Origin: Spirochaetota bacterium
GTDB taxonomy: Bacteria > Spirochaetota > UBA4802 > UB4802
DNA: 64,000 bases
NCBI GenBank assembly: GCA_029907515.1
Contig: JARYLT010000005.1
Span: 7,106-71,105, forward strand
Reading direction: 5' to 3'
Shown here: one piece after another, positions 41,972 to 51,982 of the stretch
How positions within the stretch are numbered: the stretch's first letter is position 1
How the letters are laid out: each line of letters starts with the position of its first letter
Program-made: the position numbers and the translations under genes
Notes under the pieces: generated by a model
Seen by the model: only the letters and a program-made list of their open reading frames with translations
What the model was told of the DNA's origin: nothing
The model's database searches: none

Positions 41972-42970
41972 ATGAAAGAAGCATTGTATTATACAAAACA
42001 CAGTGAGGATGCGGTACAGTGTGTGCTGTGTCCTCACAACTGTATCATCAAGGAAGGAAAGAGTGGTATTTGCAATGCTCGACAGAATAAAGGGGGCGTA
42101 CTGTATTCGTTAATTTATGAAAAGCCCTGTGCTACCCATGTTGACCCAATAGAAAAAAAGCCCCTGTACCATTTTTTGCCGGGAAGCAGGTCCTTTTCCC
42201 TTGGCACTGTGGGCTGTAATTTACAATGCATGCACTGCCAGAACTGGGAACTGTCAACAAGCTCCCCCAACGACGTGTTTTGCCATACGCTCACAGCAGA
42301 TGGCTGCGTTAAACTGGCAATTCAGTATGAATGCCAGTCAATATCATACACCTATAATGAACCCAGTATAAACATAGAGTACGTTCTTGAAACAGCCATC
42401 AAAGCTCATGATAAAGGCATTAAGAATGTCATGGTCACCAACGGATTTATCAACGAAGAACCCTTGCGACAGTTATATAAGCATATTGATGCAGCAAACG
42501 TTGACCTGAAAGCTTTTGACGATGAATTTTATAAAAAAATATGCAAGGCACGGCTGGAACCAGTACTGAAAACATTAACCATTCTTAAAGAAATTAATGT
42601 ATGGATTGAGGTTACAAACCTGGTTATACCTACACACAACGACGATGTAACCATGATTCAAAAGCTTGTGGACTGGTTTGTTCACAATTTAGGTACCGAT
42701 GTTCCACTTCATTTTACAGCCTTTTACCCTGCACACAAACTAACAAATGTCCCCCCTACACCACTCAGGGTGCTGAAACAGGCGTATGACATTGCATATA
42801 AAGCAGGTATTAAATTTATATATTTAGGCAATGTCCGTGAACGCTCAGTAACCCGCTGTCCCTCATGCGGTCGTGATCTTATTGTTCGCAGCGGATTCAG
42901 CGTGATGCGCACCAATCTTCATGATGGAAAATGTATATGCGGCTACTCTATTCCCGGAGTGTGGCGATAG
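41972..42970 (+). CDS. amrS: AmmeMemoRadiSam system radical SAM enzyme
   Basis: 'CVLCPHNC', 'DPIEKKPLYHF', 'GCNLQCMHCQN', 'YTYNEP'. Confidence 0.92.
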   Translation: MKEALYYTKHSEDAVQCVLCPHNCIIKEGKSGICNARQNKGGVLYSLIYEKPCATHVDPIEKKPLYHFLPGSRSFSLGTVGCNLQCMHCQNWELSTSSPNDVFCHTLTADGCVKLAIQYECQSISYTYNEPSINIEYVLETAIKAHDKGIKNVMVTNGFINEEPLRQLYKHIDAANVDLKAFDDEFYKKICKARLEPVLKTLTILKEINVWIEVTNLVIPTHNDDVTMIQKLVDWFVHNLGTDVPLHFTAFYPAHKLTNVPPTPLRVLKQAYDIAYKAGIKFIYLGNVRERSVTRCPSCGRDLIVRSGFSVMRTNLHDGKCICGYSIPGVWR

Positions 42971-42973
42971 TTA

Positions 42974-43258
42974 CTACGAATGAGCTTCAACCTGGTACAA
43001 TTCATCCTTGACGGGCAGTGCTTTCCGTAGATTTTTTATATACGGATAAAGATCCCCAGCTTCAACATAATAATCACATTCATCCATTGTGCGCCGTGCA
43101 ACAGTGAAATATTTATGAACTTTTTCCTCCCCTGAGCGTTTCAACCACTGCTTCTTGTTGCATCGAACACGCAATACAAATGTTTTGTTATCGCCTTCAT
43201 AATGTCTGAATACTGTGCAGTGCATACAATTGGCACAAAAGACCTTATTTTCTTCCAT
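42974..43258 (-). CDS. Small Cys-rich conserved hypothetical protein (spirochete-type)
   Basis: GGAGA RBS; CANCMHC...RVRC...W..RSGEEK...C pattern recalled from spirochete hypotheticals. Confidence 0.75.
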   Translation of the reverse strand: MEENKVFCANCMHCTVFRHYEGDNKTFVLRVRCNKKQWLKRSGEEKVHKYFTVARRTMDECDYYVEAGDLYPYIKNLRKALPVKDELYQVEAHS

Positions 43259-43359
43259 GTATAATCTCCTGTTAGGTATAGTATCTGTATCTATGAGTAC
43301 ACTACAACCGGTATGATGTAGCTATTATAGCATAATTAATGAAAAAATCAAGTAGTATG

Positions 43360-43820
43360 TTGTGGTTTATGACAATTGATATCATACATTATTTTTGCAA
43401 GCATTTTTTAGAGGTAACCACAAATCATAGATACTTTTCTACTATACTCAATTGCAGCAATCTCACATTGTGGTGTTTGGTTTACCAATATATCTTGATG
43501 GGATCACAGCTCAGCTTAAAACAGTTATTGACAGGATAGTCTGCTGCATGAAGCCCTTTTTGTGGACGGATGTCTTTGGCTTTAGCCGTCATTCATTTTC
43601 TTTGGAATTTACTAAAGATATTATAGCAGTGAGTACGTGTGGATTTCCTGAATATGAAACATTTACACCTTTGATTAGTTATTTTAACGCATTATCAAAA
43701 AACCTTAATTCCCGTCTTGTAACCACAACGTTTATCTGGGGTTCAATAGCAATACAGGTAAGGATAGAGTTACTGGATTTTAAAATTGAAACTTATTGAA
43801 TCTGCAGCTTATGAATATGG
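43360..43820 (+). pseudogene. Degraded flavodoxin / NAD(P)H-dependent FMN reductase
   Basis: 'HIVVFGLPIYLDGITAQLKTVIDR' and 'VSTCGFPE' are present, but there is no intact N-terminus or Cys motif. Boundaries are approximate. Confidence 0.65.
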
Positions 43821-43930
43821 CTAAACGGTTGTATTGACAACAGGATGAGATTATATAAATAAACCAATAAGTGTTGTAAACTTAATCAGAAATATATAAA
43901 CTAAAAACTACTGTGTAGCAGCAGTACTAT

Positions 43931-45630
43931 TTAATTCAACGCAGGCAAATAAATTTCGAAACGAGAACCCTTGCCAGGTGCAGATTCAATATGAATATAT
44001 CCGTTCATCTCCTCAACAAGATGAAATACCATTGCCAATCCTAAACCTGTCCCCGTATTTGCATCCTTAGTTGTAAAAAATGGCTTGCCAAGATTTTTTA
44101 TCGTTTCTTCATCCATTCCTACACCTGTATCAGTAATAATAACTCCAAACATTCTTCCCTTATTTTCATCATATTTTTCAATTATATCAATAAATAATAT
44201 ATTATCATGTGGACTTTTTTCTTTATCTCTCATAATTGTCATAGCATGGATAGCATTAATACATACATTTAACAATATCTGCATAATTGATGTGCTATCA
44301 CCACATATAAATTTTTTCTTATTATCCATATTGATAGTATGGTTATTTTTTTTCCATAAGCTGTTTTACATATTTGAGCAATTTCATCAACAGCTGTATT
44401 TAAATCTATTTGCGTGAATGAGTTATTCTTTTTTTGATTCAATGATCTCAATCGATTTAATATATCAAATGCACTATCAAAAGAGTTCTTTATTAAAACA
44501 AAATATTTTTCTAATTGAGACGCTTTATCGGGAGCAAGATTGACAATTTCTTTATGTAATAATGACACAGGACCCGTTATCCCCATTAAAATATTATTAA
44601 AATCATGAAGCATGCCCCGTGATAGAATGCCTAACACTTCTGCTCTTTGTGCCTGAGCTAAAAGCTGCTCTGTTTTTCTACGAGCCAGAAGTTCTTTTTC
44701 AAGCTCCTGGGTTTTGATCATAATTGTGTGTTTCAATGATCTGTTTATAAAAGATATAACTAGAATAATTATTGCTGCTATAATTATTAAGGTCATTATT
44801 GCTGTATAAAACCGCCAGTCTTTCAACATATTATATGATTCTTCAACGAGCCATTTACGTTTCATTTCAAGTAAATCATCCTCTGTAATTAATGAGATCC
44901 CCTCATTGACTACATTAAGTAAATTTACATTATTTTTAGGGACCCCTGCATGAATATCCTCTTCGGACAAGATGCTTATTATTTTAAATTCACCAAGAAT
45001 ATGATAATTTGACAGATAATATCGAGCACTTGGTTCATCTTCGGAAAAAGCATCAATTTCTCCATTTGCTGCCGCTTCAATTAGCCTGGCAGTATCCTCA
45101 TAAACTTTAATATGAATCCATGGAAATTTTTCTTTTAAGAATAGATATGCACCGGTATCATATTGTGCTCCAATTTTTAGTGAACTATCATGTAAAATTA
45201 CATTGAGAGGATTATCAATATTTGACCGCATAAAAAGGGACGTTTTGATTGTAAAAAATTTTTTGCTGAAATCCATATACATACTTCTATCTTTCGTAAT
45301 GAATAATCCACTATGTATATCTGCTCTTTTTTCCTTAATCATGTTAATACTTTCTTTCCACGGAGCATGAATTATTTTTACAGGAATTCCGGTTTTTGCC
45401 GACCATAGATTCCAAAAATCAATAATCATTCCACGCAAAATTCCACTTTTATCAATATAAGAAAATGGCGGAAATCCTTAGGAAGTTACTATAATAAGAG
45501 GCTTCTCAGCACTATATATCTGTGTAACAAAAAAAATATTAATTAACATCACTAATAATATTAACAATTTAATATCTTTTATTTTTGTATCTTTTATTTT
45601 CGATATTTTTTCTGATAAATTTTTTATCAT
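43931..45630 (-). pseudogene. Disrupted SBP_bac_3-HisKA-HATPase sensor kinase
   Basis: In-frame TAA at 45478-45480 (IVTS*GFPPFSY). A frameshift near 44335-44345 separates 'HDFNNIL' from 'QILLNVCINA..DTGVGM..FFTTK..GTGLGL'. Confidence 0.8.
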
Positions 45631-46013
45631 TTCACGAATGCCTCTATTCTCATTACAACATAGGATAGTAATTATTTATAGATAAAATACTTTTATTACA
45701 AAGTTTATTCTTTTGCAAATGATTAACAAAACAAACTAAAGGAGAAAACCTTCAACAATAATCATAAGAATTAGTAAAAATGTCCACTCATAAATAACTT
45801 TTAATAATAATTAATACACAATGAAATCTTCTCTACCAAAAATAAACAATTTTAAATTGAGTAAAAAATATTATTGAAATAACAATCTTTTGTTCATAAA
45901 TTTTTATTGAAACATAGTATACACTATAACACTTTGAAAGAAAATTATACAGAGCATCCTGAACAATAAGAGTGTTACTAACTTAAAAAATATATCCACA
46001 TAGGAGGCTACCT

Positions 46014-46691
46014 ATGACACAATTACATACTATCAACAACTATGGTACAGCAACTATCACCCGTCATGATGCTCTGCTGGTTATAGATATGCAGTATGAC
46101 TTTATCCCTGGTGGCTCATTACCAGTTGCCGAAGGCGACACTATAGTAAAGCCCATAGCACACTTAATGGAACAATTCTTTATAAAAGGTGCAACCGTTG
46201 TATGCACACAGGATTGGCACCCCAGCGGTCACCGTTCATTTGCATCAACTCATGGAAAACATCCTTATGATCCCATTAATGAACCTGGTATTGGACCAGT
46301 GCTGTGGCCAGATCACTGTGTTATAGGCACAAAAGGGGCAAGTCTTCATGACAAGTTGCCTGCACACTTTTGTCATGCAATAGTGCGCAAAGGCTACAAC
46401 ATAAACATCGATAGCTATTCGGCATTTCTTGAAAATGATAAAAAAACAGCAACGGGGCTATCGGGATACTTTTCAAACCGAGGCGTAAAACGAATATTTG
46501 TATGCGGACTTGCGTTTGACTACTGTGTTCATTTTAGTGCAGTTGATGGCGCCAGTGCTGGATTTGAAGCTGTAGTTATCACCGATTGTTCTAAGGCAGT
46601 CAACTCACCAGCTACAAGCGTGGATGATGCCATTGCTAATATGAAAGCCCACGATGTCACATTTTGCTCATCAGCTGACCTTTCATTCTAA
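46014..46691 (+). CDS. pncA: Nicotinamidase/pyrazinamidase
   Basis: 'IDMQYDF.PGGSL', 'QDWH', 'WPDHC', 'DSYSAF', 'GLAFDYCV'. Confidence 0.95.
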   Translation: MTQLHTINNYGTATITRHDALLVIDMQYDFIPGGSLPVAEGDTIVKPIAHLMEQFFIKGATVVCTQDWHPSGHRSFASTHGKHPYDPINEPGIGPVLWPDHCVIGTKGASLHDKLPAHFCHAIVRKGYNINIDSYSAFLENDKKTATGLSGYFSNRGVKRIFVCGLAFDYCVHFSAVDGASAGFEAVVITDCSKAVNSPATSVDDAIANMKAHDVTFCSSADLSF

Positions 46692-47945
46692 TGGCAACTC
46701 AACGGTAAACTCAGCATATTGTCCCAACACTGAGTTTGCATAAATTCTGCCACTGTGCAGGTACACAATATTCCATGACACAAAAAGCCCAATGCCTGAC
46801 CCTTTGCGGGCAAGCAGTTCATCAGTTTCAATGCGCGAAAACCGCTTGAACAGTTTATGTTTCTCTGATTCAGGAAACCCCGGGCCAGTATTCCACACGC
46901 TGATTTTACATATAGTGCCTTCTTTTTTTACGGTTATACGCACAATCCCGTTATCACTATTATACTTGATTGCATTGCTTAAGAGGTTATGCATCACAAT
47001 CTTCATGGCGTCGGGATCGCACTTTAGCTGTACATCCTCATAATCTTTTTCAACGGTTATATGTTTTGCATCAGCCTGGGGCTGCACAATGGCAAGTGCA
47101 GGTTCAATAATATCATGTGCGATAGTTACTGTTGATTTGCGTACTGGCATTGAACCAGTCTCAAGGCGGGCTAAGTTCAAATACTCATTTACTATCGTTA
47201 ACAGATATTCTGCCTGCGCAAGAATTCGATCAATGGTGTTTGTGCAATGCTCAGGGATTTCTCCAAAGTATCCCTGCTTTAGTGTGGTACCTAATGTTAC
47301 TATAGATGATAAAGGGCTTTTTAGTTCATGAGTTACAAATGATAGCATCTCCATGTACGCGTTGATTGCCTGGGTTAACTGCTCAATGCGGTATGCTTTT
47401 TCAACAGCCTGGCTCAATCGCTCAGCAATAGCCTGATGCAGTGCTATCTCACGTGAACTATACATATTCTTTTTACGGGAACTCCTGAACAATACACCTA
47501 CAATGCGCCCTTCCACATATAGTGGGCAGGTCATGCTTGACATAACACCTTCTTTCAAAAGCAGGCGCGTTGATTCACTTGATGGATTATTTTTGTAATA
47601 CTCCTCTAAATCATTAATAATACGCGGTGTTTCATTGCTGAATATTGTTTCAAGAGAACTCCCCTTAAGGTCAGCAGTATATCCTTTATCCAAATAAAGA
47701 GGGCTGTATGAGGCTACAACGTGGTACAGCGTTAAGCGCTTGCCATCATCAGAAAATGCAATACCAATTCTATCACAGGGCATGATATGTTGTGTTTCTT
47801 TAAATAAATATTCTATGATGTCAATCAGTGACTGCCCTGAAGCTATTTTCTGATTAATGGTATCTAGTGTTTTAATTTCTTCTGGTGTTAAAACAACTTC
47901 TGCACCTTTACCCTGTACATAGGAAATTGTATCACGTTTGTCCAT
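46683..47945 (-). CDS. Cytoplasmic GAF sensor histidine kinase
   Basis: GAF domain, 'HELKSPL', 'NLLSNAIKY', 'NTGPG', 'GSGIGL'. Confidence 0.92.
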   Translation of the reverse strand: MDKRDTISYVQGKGAEVVLTPEEIKTLDTINQKIASGQSLIDIIEYLFKETQHIMPCDRIGIAFSDDGKRLTLYHVVASYSPLYLDKGYTADLKGSSLETIFSNETPRIINDLEEYYKNNPSSESTRLLLKEGVMSSMTCPLYVEGRIVGVLFRSSRKKNMYSSREIALHQAIAERLSQAVEKAYRIEQLTQAINAYMEMLSFVTHELKSPLSSIVTLGTTLKQGYFGEIPEHCTNTIDRILAQAEYLLTIVNEYLNLARLETGSMPVRKSTVTIAHDIIEPALAIVQPQADAKHITVEKDYEDVQLKCDPDAMKIVMHNLLSNAIKYNSDNGIVRITVKKEGTICKISVWNTGPGFPESEKHKLFKRFSRIETDELLARKGSGIGLFVSWNIVYLHSGRIYANSVLGQYAEFTVELPLE

Positions 47946-48111
47946 GCATCATTCCTCATTACATTTACCATGAACAAGTTTACAGTATCCATACAATTAT
48001 GCAAGGTTTTTATGTAGTATCATTTTCATTGTATTTGTAATGCTAACTACCAATATCTGTAATATTAAAAAAGGTATATTAAGGAATATCATAAATGGAA
48101 GCTTGAAAGGT

Positions 48112-48280
48112 TTCACCGTGCATGGATGCACGGTGAATTGGGATGCGGGCGATGACCTGAACGGATGCTATTCCGCAGCCCGCCGTGGAAAGATTCATCT
48201 TTATCAATAAGGCACGCCGCCGCTTGAGGCGCGCTTTGGGGGTTGGTAAGGGGGCATTTAGCGCATAAATGCCCCCTTAC
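48112..48280. repeat. GC-rich multi-hairpin intergenic element (ncRNA or REP/MITE-like)
   Basis: Perfect 12-bp IR at 48112-48137, GCGGGC/GCCCGC stem at 48145-48183, perfect 15-bp IR at 48246-48280, all in AT-rich flanks. Confidence 0.55.
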
Positions 48281-48487
48281 AAGAATATACAAGATTGAAT
48301 TGTTTGAAAAAATAGCAGGAAACAAGATGTTTTTTACTGAACAGAAGGTATACAAGAGCAAGTCGGTATAAACTAAGTAGTTAGAAAATATAAAAGTGTA
48401 AGCAAGAATGAAACTTATTACGGAAAGTGTTACATATTAAAGAAAACCCTTACACCAGTAACTATCGCACAAAAACTACTCAATTAT

Positions 48488-49660
48488 TTATACGTTTAAA
48501 GGTACTGGTGCGGTATCCATATAGTGCTTTGCTATGATGAGGCGTTGTATCTCACTTGTTCCTTCGTAGATGGTGGTGACGCGCACATCACGGTACAAAC
48601 GCTCAACCGGGTACTCTCTGGTATAGCCGTAACCTCCCAGTATCTGCATGGCATCGTAACAGGCTTTGTTTGCAGCCTCTGTTGCAAAGAGTTTTGCCAT
48701 TGAGGCTTCTTTCATAAACGGCATACCATTTTCTTTTTTAAAGGCAGCCTGAAGTAACAGCAAGCGTGCAGCTTCAAGCCGTGTATAGTTATCGGCAATC
48801 ATCCACTGTATTGCCTGATTGTGTATAATAGGTTTGTCAAATTGTATGCGCTCTTTTGCATAGCTGGTTGCATAATCCATAGCAGTAAGCCCAATCCCCA
48901 ATGCCATGGAACCAATGCCAATTCGCCCGCCACCTAACTCACGCACCGCTATCCTGAATCCATCATTGAGTGTTCCTAGTAGATTTTCTTTTGGAACTTT
49001 GCAGTTATCAAGAATTATCTCGTTGGTAGAGGAGCCCAGTTGCCCCATTTTATGTTCATCCCTGCCAACAATAAATCCTTCAAAATGCGGTTCCACCAAA
49101 AATGCACTGATACCCCTGCCTTTGGCTGCGTGTTTATTGGTAACAGCCCACACCACAAAAACTCCTGCATACTCCGCACTGGTTATGAATAGCTTTTTCC
49201 CATTGAGTATCCACCAGTCCCCACCATCTGTTGCCGTTGTCTTCATTGCCGCGGGGTCAGAACCTGCCTCTGCCTCAGTCAGGCCAAAGCTTCCTGCATA
49301 AAAGGTACCATTGCAAAGTGGTGGAATGTACCGCTGTTTCTGGTCTTCTGTCCCCACCGATTGTATAACCTCGGCCACCATATTGGTTACCGATGTTGTT
49401 ACAGCAGTGGCTGCACAGGCTTTACCCAGTTCTGTCATCACCAGTGAAAACGCAACGCTGCCAGCACCCGTGCCTCCATACCGCGGGTCAACAGCAATGC
49501 CGTTAAAACCTAACGCTGCCAGTTTTTTCAGGTTGGATTTTAATATGTTTCTGTCTTTTGTTGTATCCAGTGTGGAAGCAACCGGCTCAAGTTCCTGTTT
49601 TGCAAATTTAGCGGCTGTTTCCTGAATGATTTGCTGTTCCTGTGTTAAACTGAAATTCAT
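48488..49660 (-). CDS. Acyl-CoA dehydrogenase (short-chain/butyryl type)
   Basis: 'LTEAEAGSD', 'GGRIGI', 'GGYGYTREYPVERLYRD', 'IYEGTSEIQR'. Confidence 0.93.
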   Translation of the reverse strand: MNFSLTQEQQIIQETAAKFAKQELEPVASTLDTTKDRNILKSNLKKLAALGFNGIAVDPRYGGTGAGSVAFSLVMTELGKACAATAVTTSVTNMVAEVIQSVGTEDQKQRYIPPLCNGTFYAGSFGLTEAEAGSDPAAMKTTATDGGDWWILNGKKLFITSAEYAGVFVVWAVTNKHAAKGRGISAFLVEPHFEGFIVGRDEHKMGQLGSSTNEIILDNCKVPKENLLGTLNDGFRIAVRELGGGRIGIGSMALGIGLTAMDYATSYAKERIQFDKPIIHNQAIQWMIADNYTRLEAARLLLLQAAFKKENGMPFMKEASMAKLFATEAANKACYDAMQILGGYGYTREYPVERLYRDVRVTTIYEGTSEIQRLIIAKHYMDTAPVPLNV

Positions 49661-49674
49661 TGGCATCACCTCTT

Positions 49675-50535
49675 TTATGTGTAATCGTAAAACCCTTTTC
49701 CGGTTTTGCGCCCCAACCAGCCTGATTCAACATAGCGCCTGAGGAGCGGACATGGCCTGTATTTTGAATCCTTAAAACCATCATACAGGGTTTCCATAAT
49801 AGCTAAACATGTATCAAGCCCAATAAGGTCCGCCAATGCCAGTGGCCCCATAGGGTGGTTCATTCCTAATTTCATAACTGTATCTATGGACTCACGAGTT
49901 CCTACGCCTTCGTACAGGCTGTATATGGCCTCATTAATCATTGGCATGAGTATACGGTTGGAAATGAATCCAGGATAATCATGAGCCTCAGCCGGTGTCT
50001 TCCCTAATTTGAGCGATAGTTCCCAGGTTACATCAAATGTTTCCTGCGATGTGGGTAGTGCCCGTATAATCTCAACAAGCTTCATGACAGGCACTGGATT
50101 CATAAAATGCATCCCAATAACCTTATCAGGACGTTTTGTTGCTGCGGCAATTCGACCTATGGGAATTGAAGAAGTATTGGTAGCACATATTACCTGTGGC
50201 CTGCAGATGGTGTCTAAATCCTTAAATATTGTTAACTTTATATCCTGATTTTCGGTGGCAGCTTCCACAACAAAATCAGCATCTGCAAGCTCATGGAACC
50301 TACACGTTGCTCTGACTCTCTCCATTATGCGTTGCTTTTCATCCTGCGTTATTTTCCCTTTTGCAACATCTTTGGAAAGCACCCCGTTTATATACGTTAC
50401 ACCTTTTAAAGCCAATGCTTCTGTTAAATCATAGAGAATAACAGTGAATCCGCTTACTGCTGCAACACAGACAATCCCTGAGCCCATCTGTCCTGCACCT
50501 ATAACACCTATTGTATTAATGGTATCTGCTTTCAT
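49675..50535 (-). CDS. hbd: 3-hydroxybutyryl-CoA dehydrogenase
   Basis: 'GAGQMGSG', 'VEAATE', 'NTSSI', 'GMHFMNPVPVM', 'HPMGPL'. Confidence 0.92.
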   Translation of the reverse strand: MKADTINTIGVIGAGQMGSGIVCVAAVSGFTVILYDLTEALALKGVTYINGVLSKDVAKGKITQDEKQRIMERVRATCRFHELADADFVVEAATENQDIKLTIFKDLDTICRPQVICATNTSSIPIGRIAAATKRPDKVIGMHFMNPVPVMKLVEIIRALPTSQETFDVTWELSLKLGKTPAEAHDYPGFISNRILMPMINEAIYSLYEGVGTRESIDTVMKLGMNHPMGPLALADLIGLDTCLAIMETLYDGFKDSKYRPCPLLRRYVESGWLGRKTGKGFYDYT

Positions 50536-50558
50536 ACACATTTATCTCCTAAAATACA

Positions 50559-51728
50559 CTATCGTTTCACAATTAATGCAACTGCTTCGCCGCCACCCAA
50601 ACACAGCGATGCCAAACCTATACGTTTATTCTGGCGTATCATTTCATGAAGCAATGTTACCAGAACACGCGCTCCACTTGCACCAATGGGATGCCCCAGT
50701 GCAACGCTTCCTCCATTGACATTGACCTTTAAACTATCAAGACCCAGTTCTTTCAGCACACCAACTGTTGATCCACTGAATGCTTCGTTGATCTCATAAA
50801 GGTCTACATCCTGCAATGATATCCCTTCTTTTTTAAGGCATTTAGGGATGGCAAGTATTGGCGCCATCAGGACATATTTCATATCAATGCCAGCTGAAGC
50901 CTGTGCACCAATCGTTGCCATAATGCGGCACCCCAACTCTTCGGCCTTTTTCTGTGACATCACCACCAGCGCTGCAGCACCGTCACTGATAATGGAAGCA
51001 TTGCCCGCAGTGGTAACACCATCTTTTTTAAAAGCAGGCTTCATTGTTGCCAGAATTTCATACGGTGTTGGCTTTGGGCATTCATCGGTATCAAAAATTA
51101 TTTCCTTTTGTTTATGGGCGATAGTTACCGGAACTATCTCCTCCTTAAATTTCCCTGCCTGGATAGCATGTAGAGTTCTTTCATATGAAAGCGCAGCATA
51201 CCTGTCCTGCTCTTCCCTGCTCACATTATACTTTTCACAGCACAATTCGTTTGAGATACCCATATGAAAATCGTTGACCACATCCCATAATCCATCATGA
51301 ACCATATGGTCTTTGAGTTGACCATCACCCATGCGGTACCCAAACCGTGCTTTTTCCAGATAGTAGGGGGCCATACTCATATTTTCCATGCCACCAGCTA
51401 CCACTACATCAGCATCGCCACACTGTATTGCCTGTGCTGCAAGCATAACTGCCTTTAAACCAGAGCCACATACTTTATTTATTGTTAAACATTCCACTTC
51501 CCAGGGAAGATGTCCCTTTATTGCAGCCTGCCGTGCCGGATTTTGCCCATAACCACAGGGAAGCACCTGCCCCATAATAACTTCATTGACATCTTCTTTT
51601 GAAATTCCTGCGCGATTAATGGCTTCTTCAATGACAATGGCTCCCAGTTGCGTTGCGGGTATGGAAGACAAGGAACCGTTAAAATTACCCAGAGCAGTTC
51701 TTACAGCACTGACAATAACAGCTTTCAT
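50559..51728 (-). CDS. Acetyl-CoA C-acetyltransferase (thiolase)
   Basis: 'NKVCGSG', 'NEAF', 'GHPIGASG', 'CLGGG'. Confidence 0.95.
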   Translation of the reverse strand: MKAVIVSAVRTALGNFNGSLSSIPATQLGAIVIEEAINRAGISKEDVNEVIMGQVLPCGYGQNPARQAAIKGHLPWEVECLTINKVCGSGLKAVMLAAQAIQCGDADVVVAGGMENMSMAPYYLEKARFGYRMGDGQLKDHMVHDGLWDVVNDFHMGISNELCCEKYNVSREEQDRYAALSYERTLHAIQAGKFKEEIVPVTIAHKQKEIIFDTDECPKPTPYEILATMKPAFKKDGVTTAGNASIISDGAAALVVMSQKKAEELGCRIMATIGAQASAGIDMKYVLMAPILAIPKCLKKEGISLQDVDLYEINEAFSGSTVGVLKELGLDSLKVNVNGGSVALGHPIGASGARVLVTLLHEMIRQNKRIGLASLCLGGGEAVALIVKR

Positions 51729-51982
51729 TGGCAACCTCCATTTTTGTATATCAATAATACATAAACAAAACTATTCATTATATAGCCAAAATGTCAAAAA
51801 TATTTAATGGTAAATGTTAAAATTTTCAAATGTACCAGAAAATCTATGTATACATACTGTATTTTCATTATATTCAGCTATGTTTGTTCATTTTCTGTGT
51901 TGCTTAAAACAATTTTGCTTGCAAAATACTTTATACTACCTTAATCATAATACTATAAAATATAAACTTTGGAAGGATAGTT

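Noticed and set aside
45478-45480. Stop-codon recoding (Sec/Pyl) in the sensor kinase
   Set aside because: The codon is TAA and the gene also has a frameshift, so a pseudogene is the simpler explanation.
46683-46691. Convergent 3' overlaps (pncA/kinase here, pepF/PP2C at 20881-20884)
   Set aside because: Short tail-to-tail overlaps are common in compact genomes.
48145-48183. SRP RNA, tRNA or group II intron domain V
   Set aside because: It lacks the CAGG-GNRA-AGCA SRP loop, a cloverleaf or TTCGA arm, and the domain V consensus.
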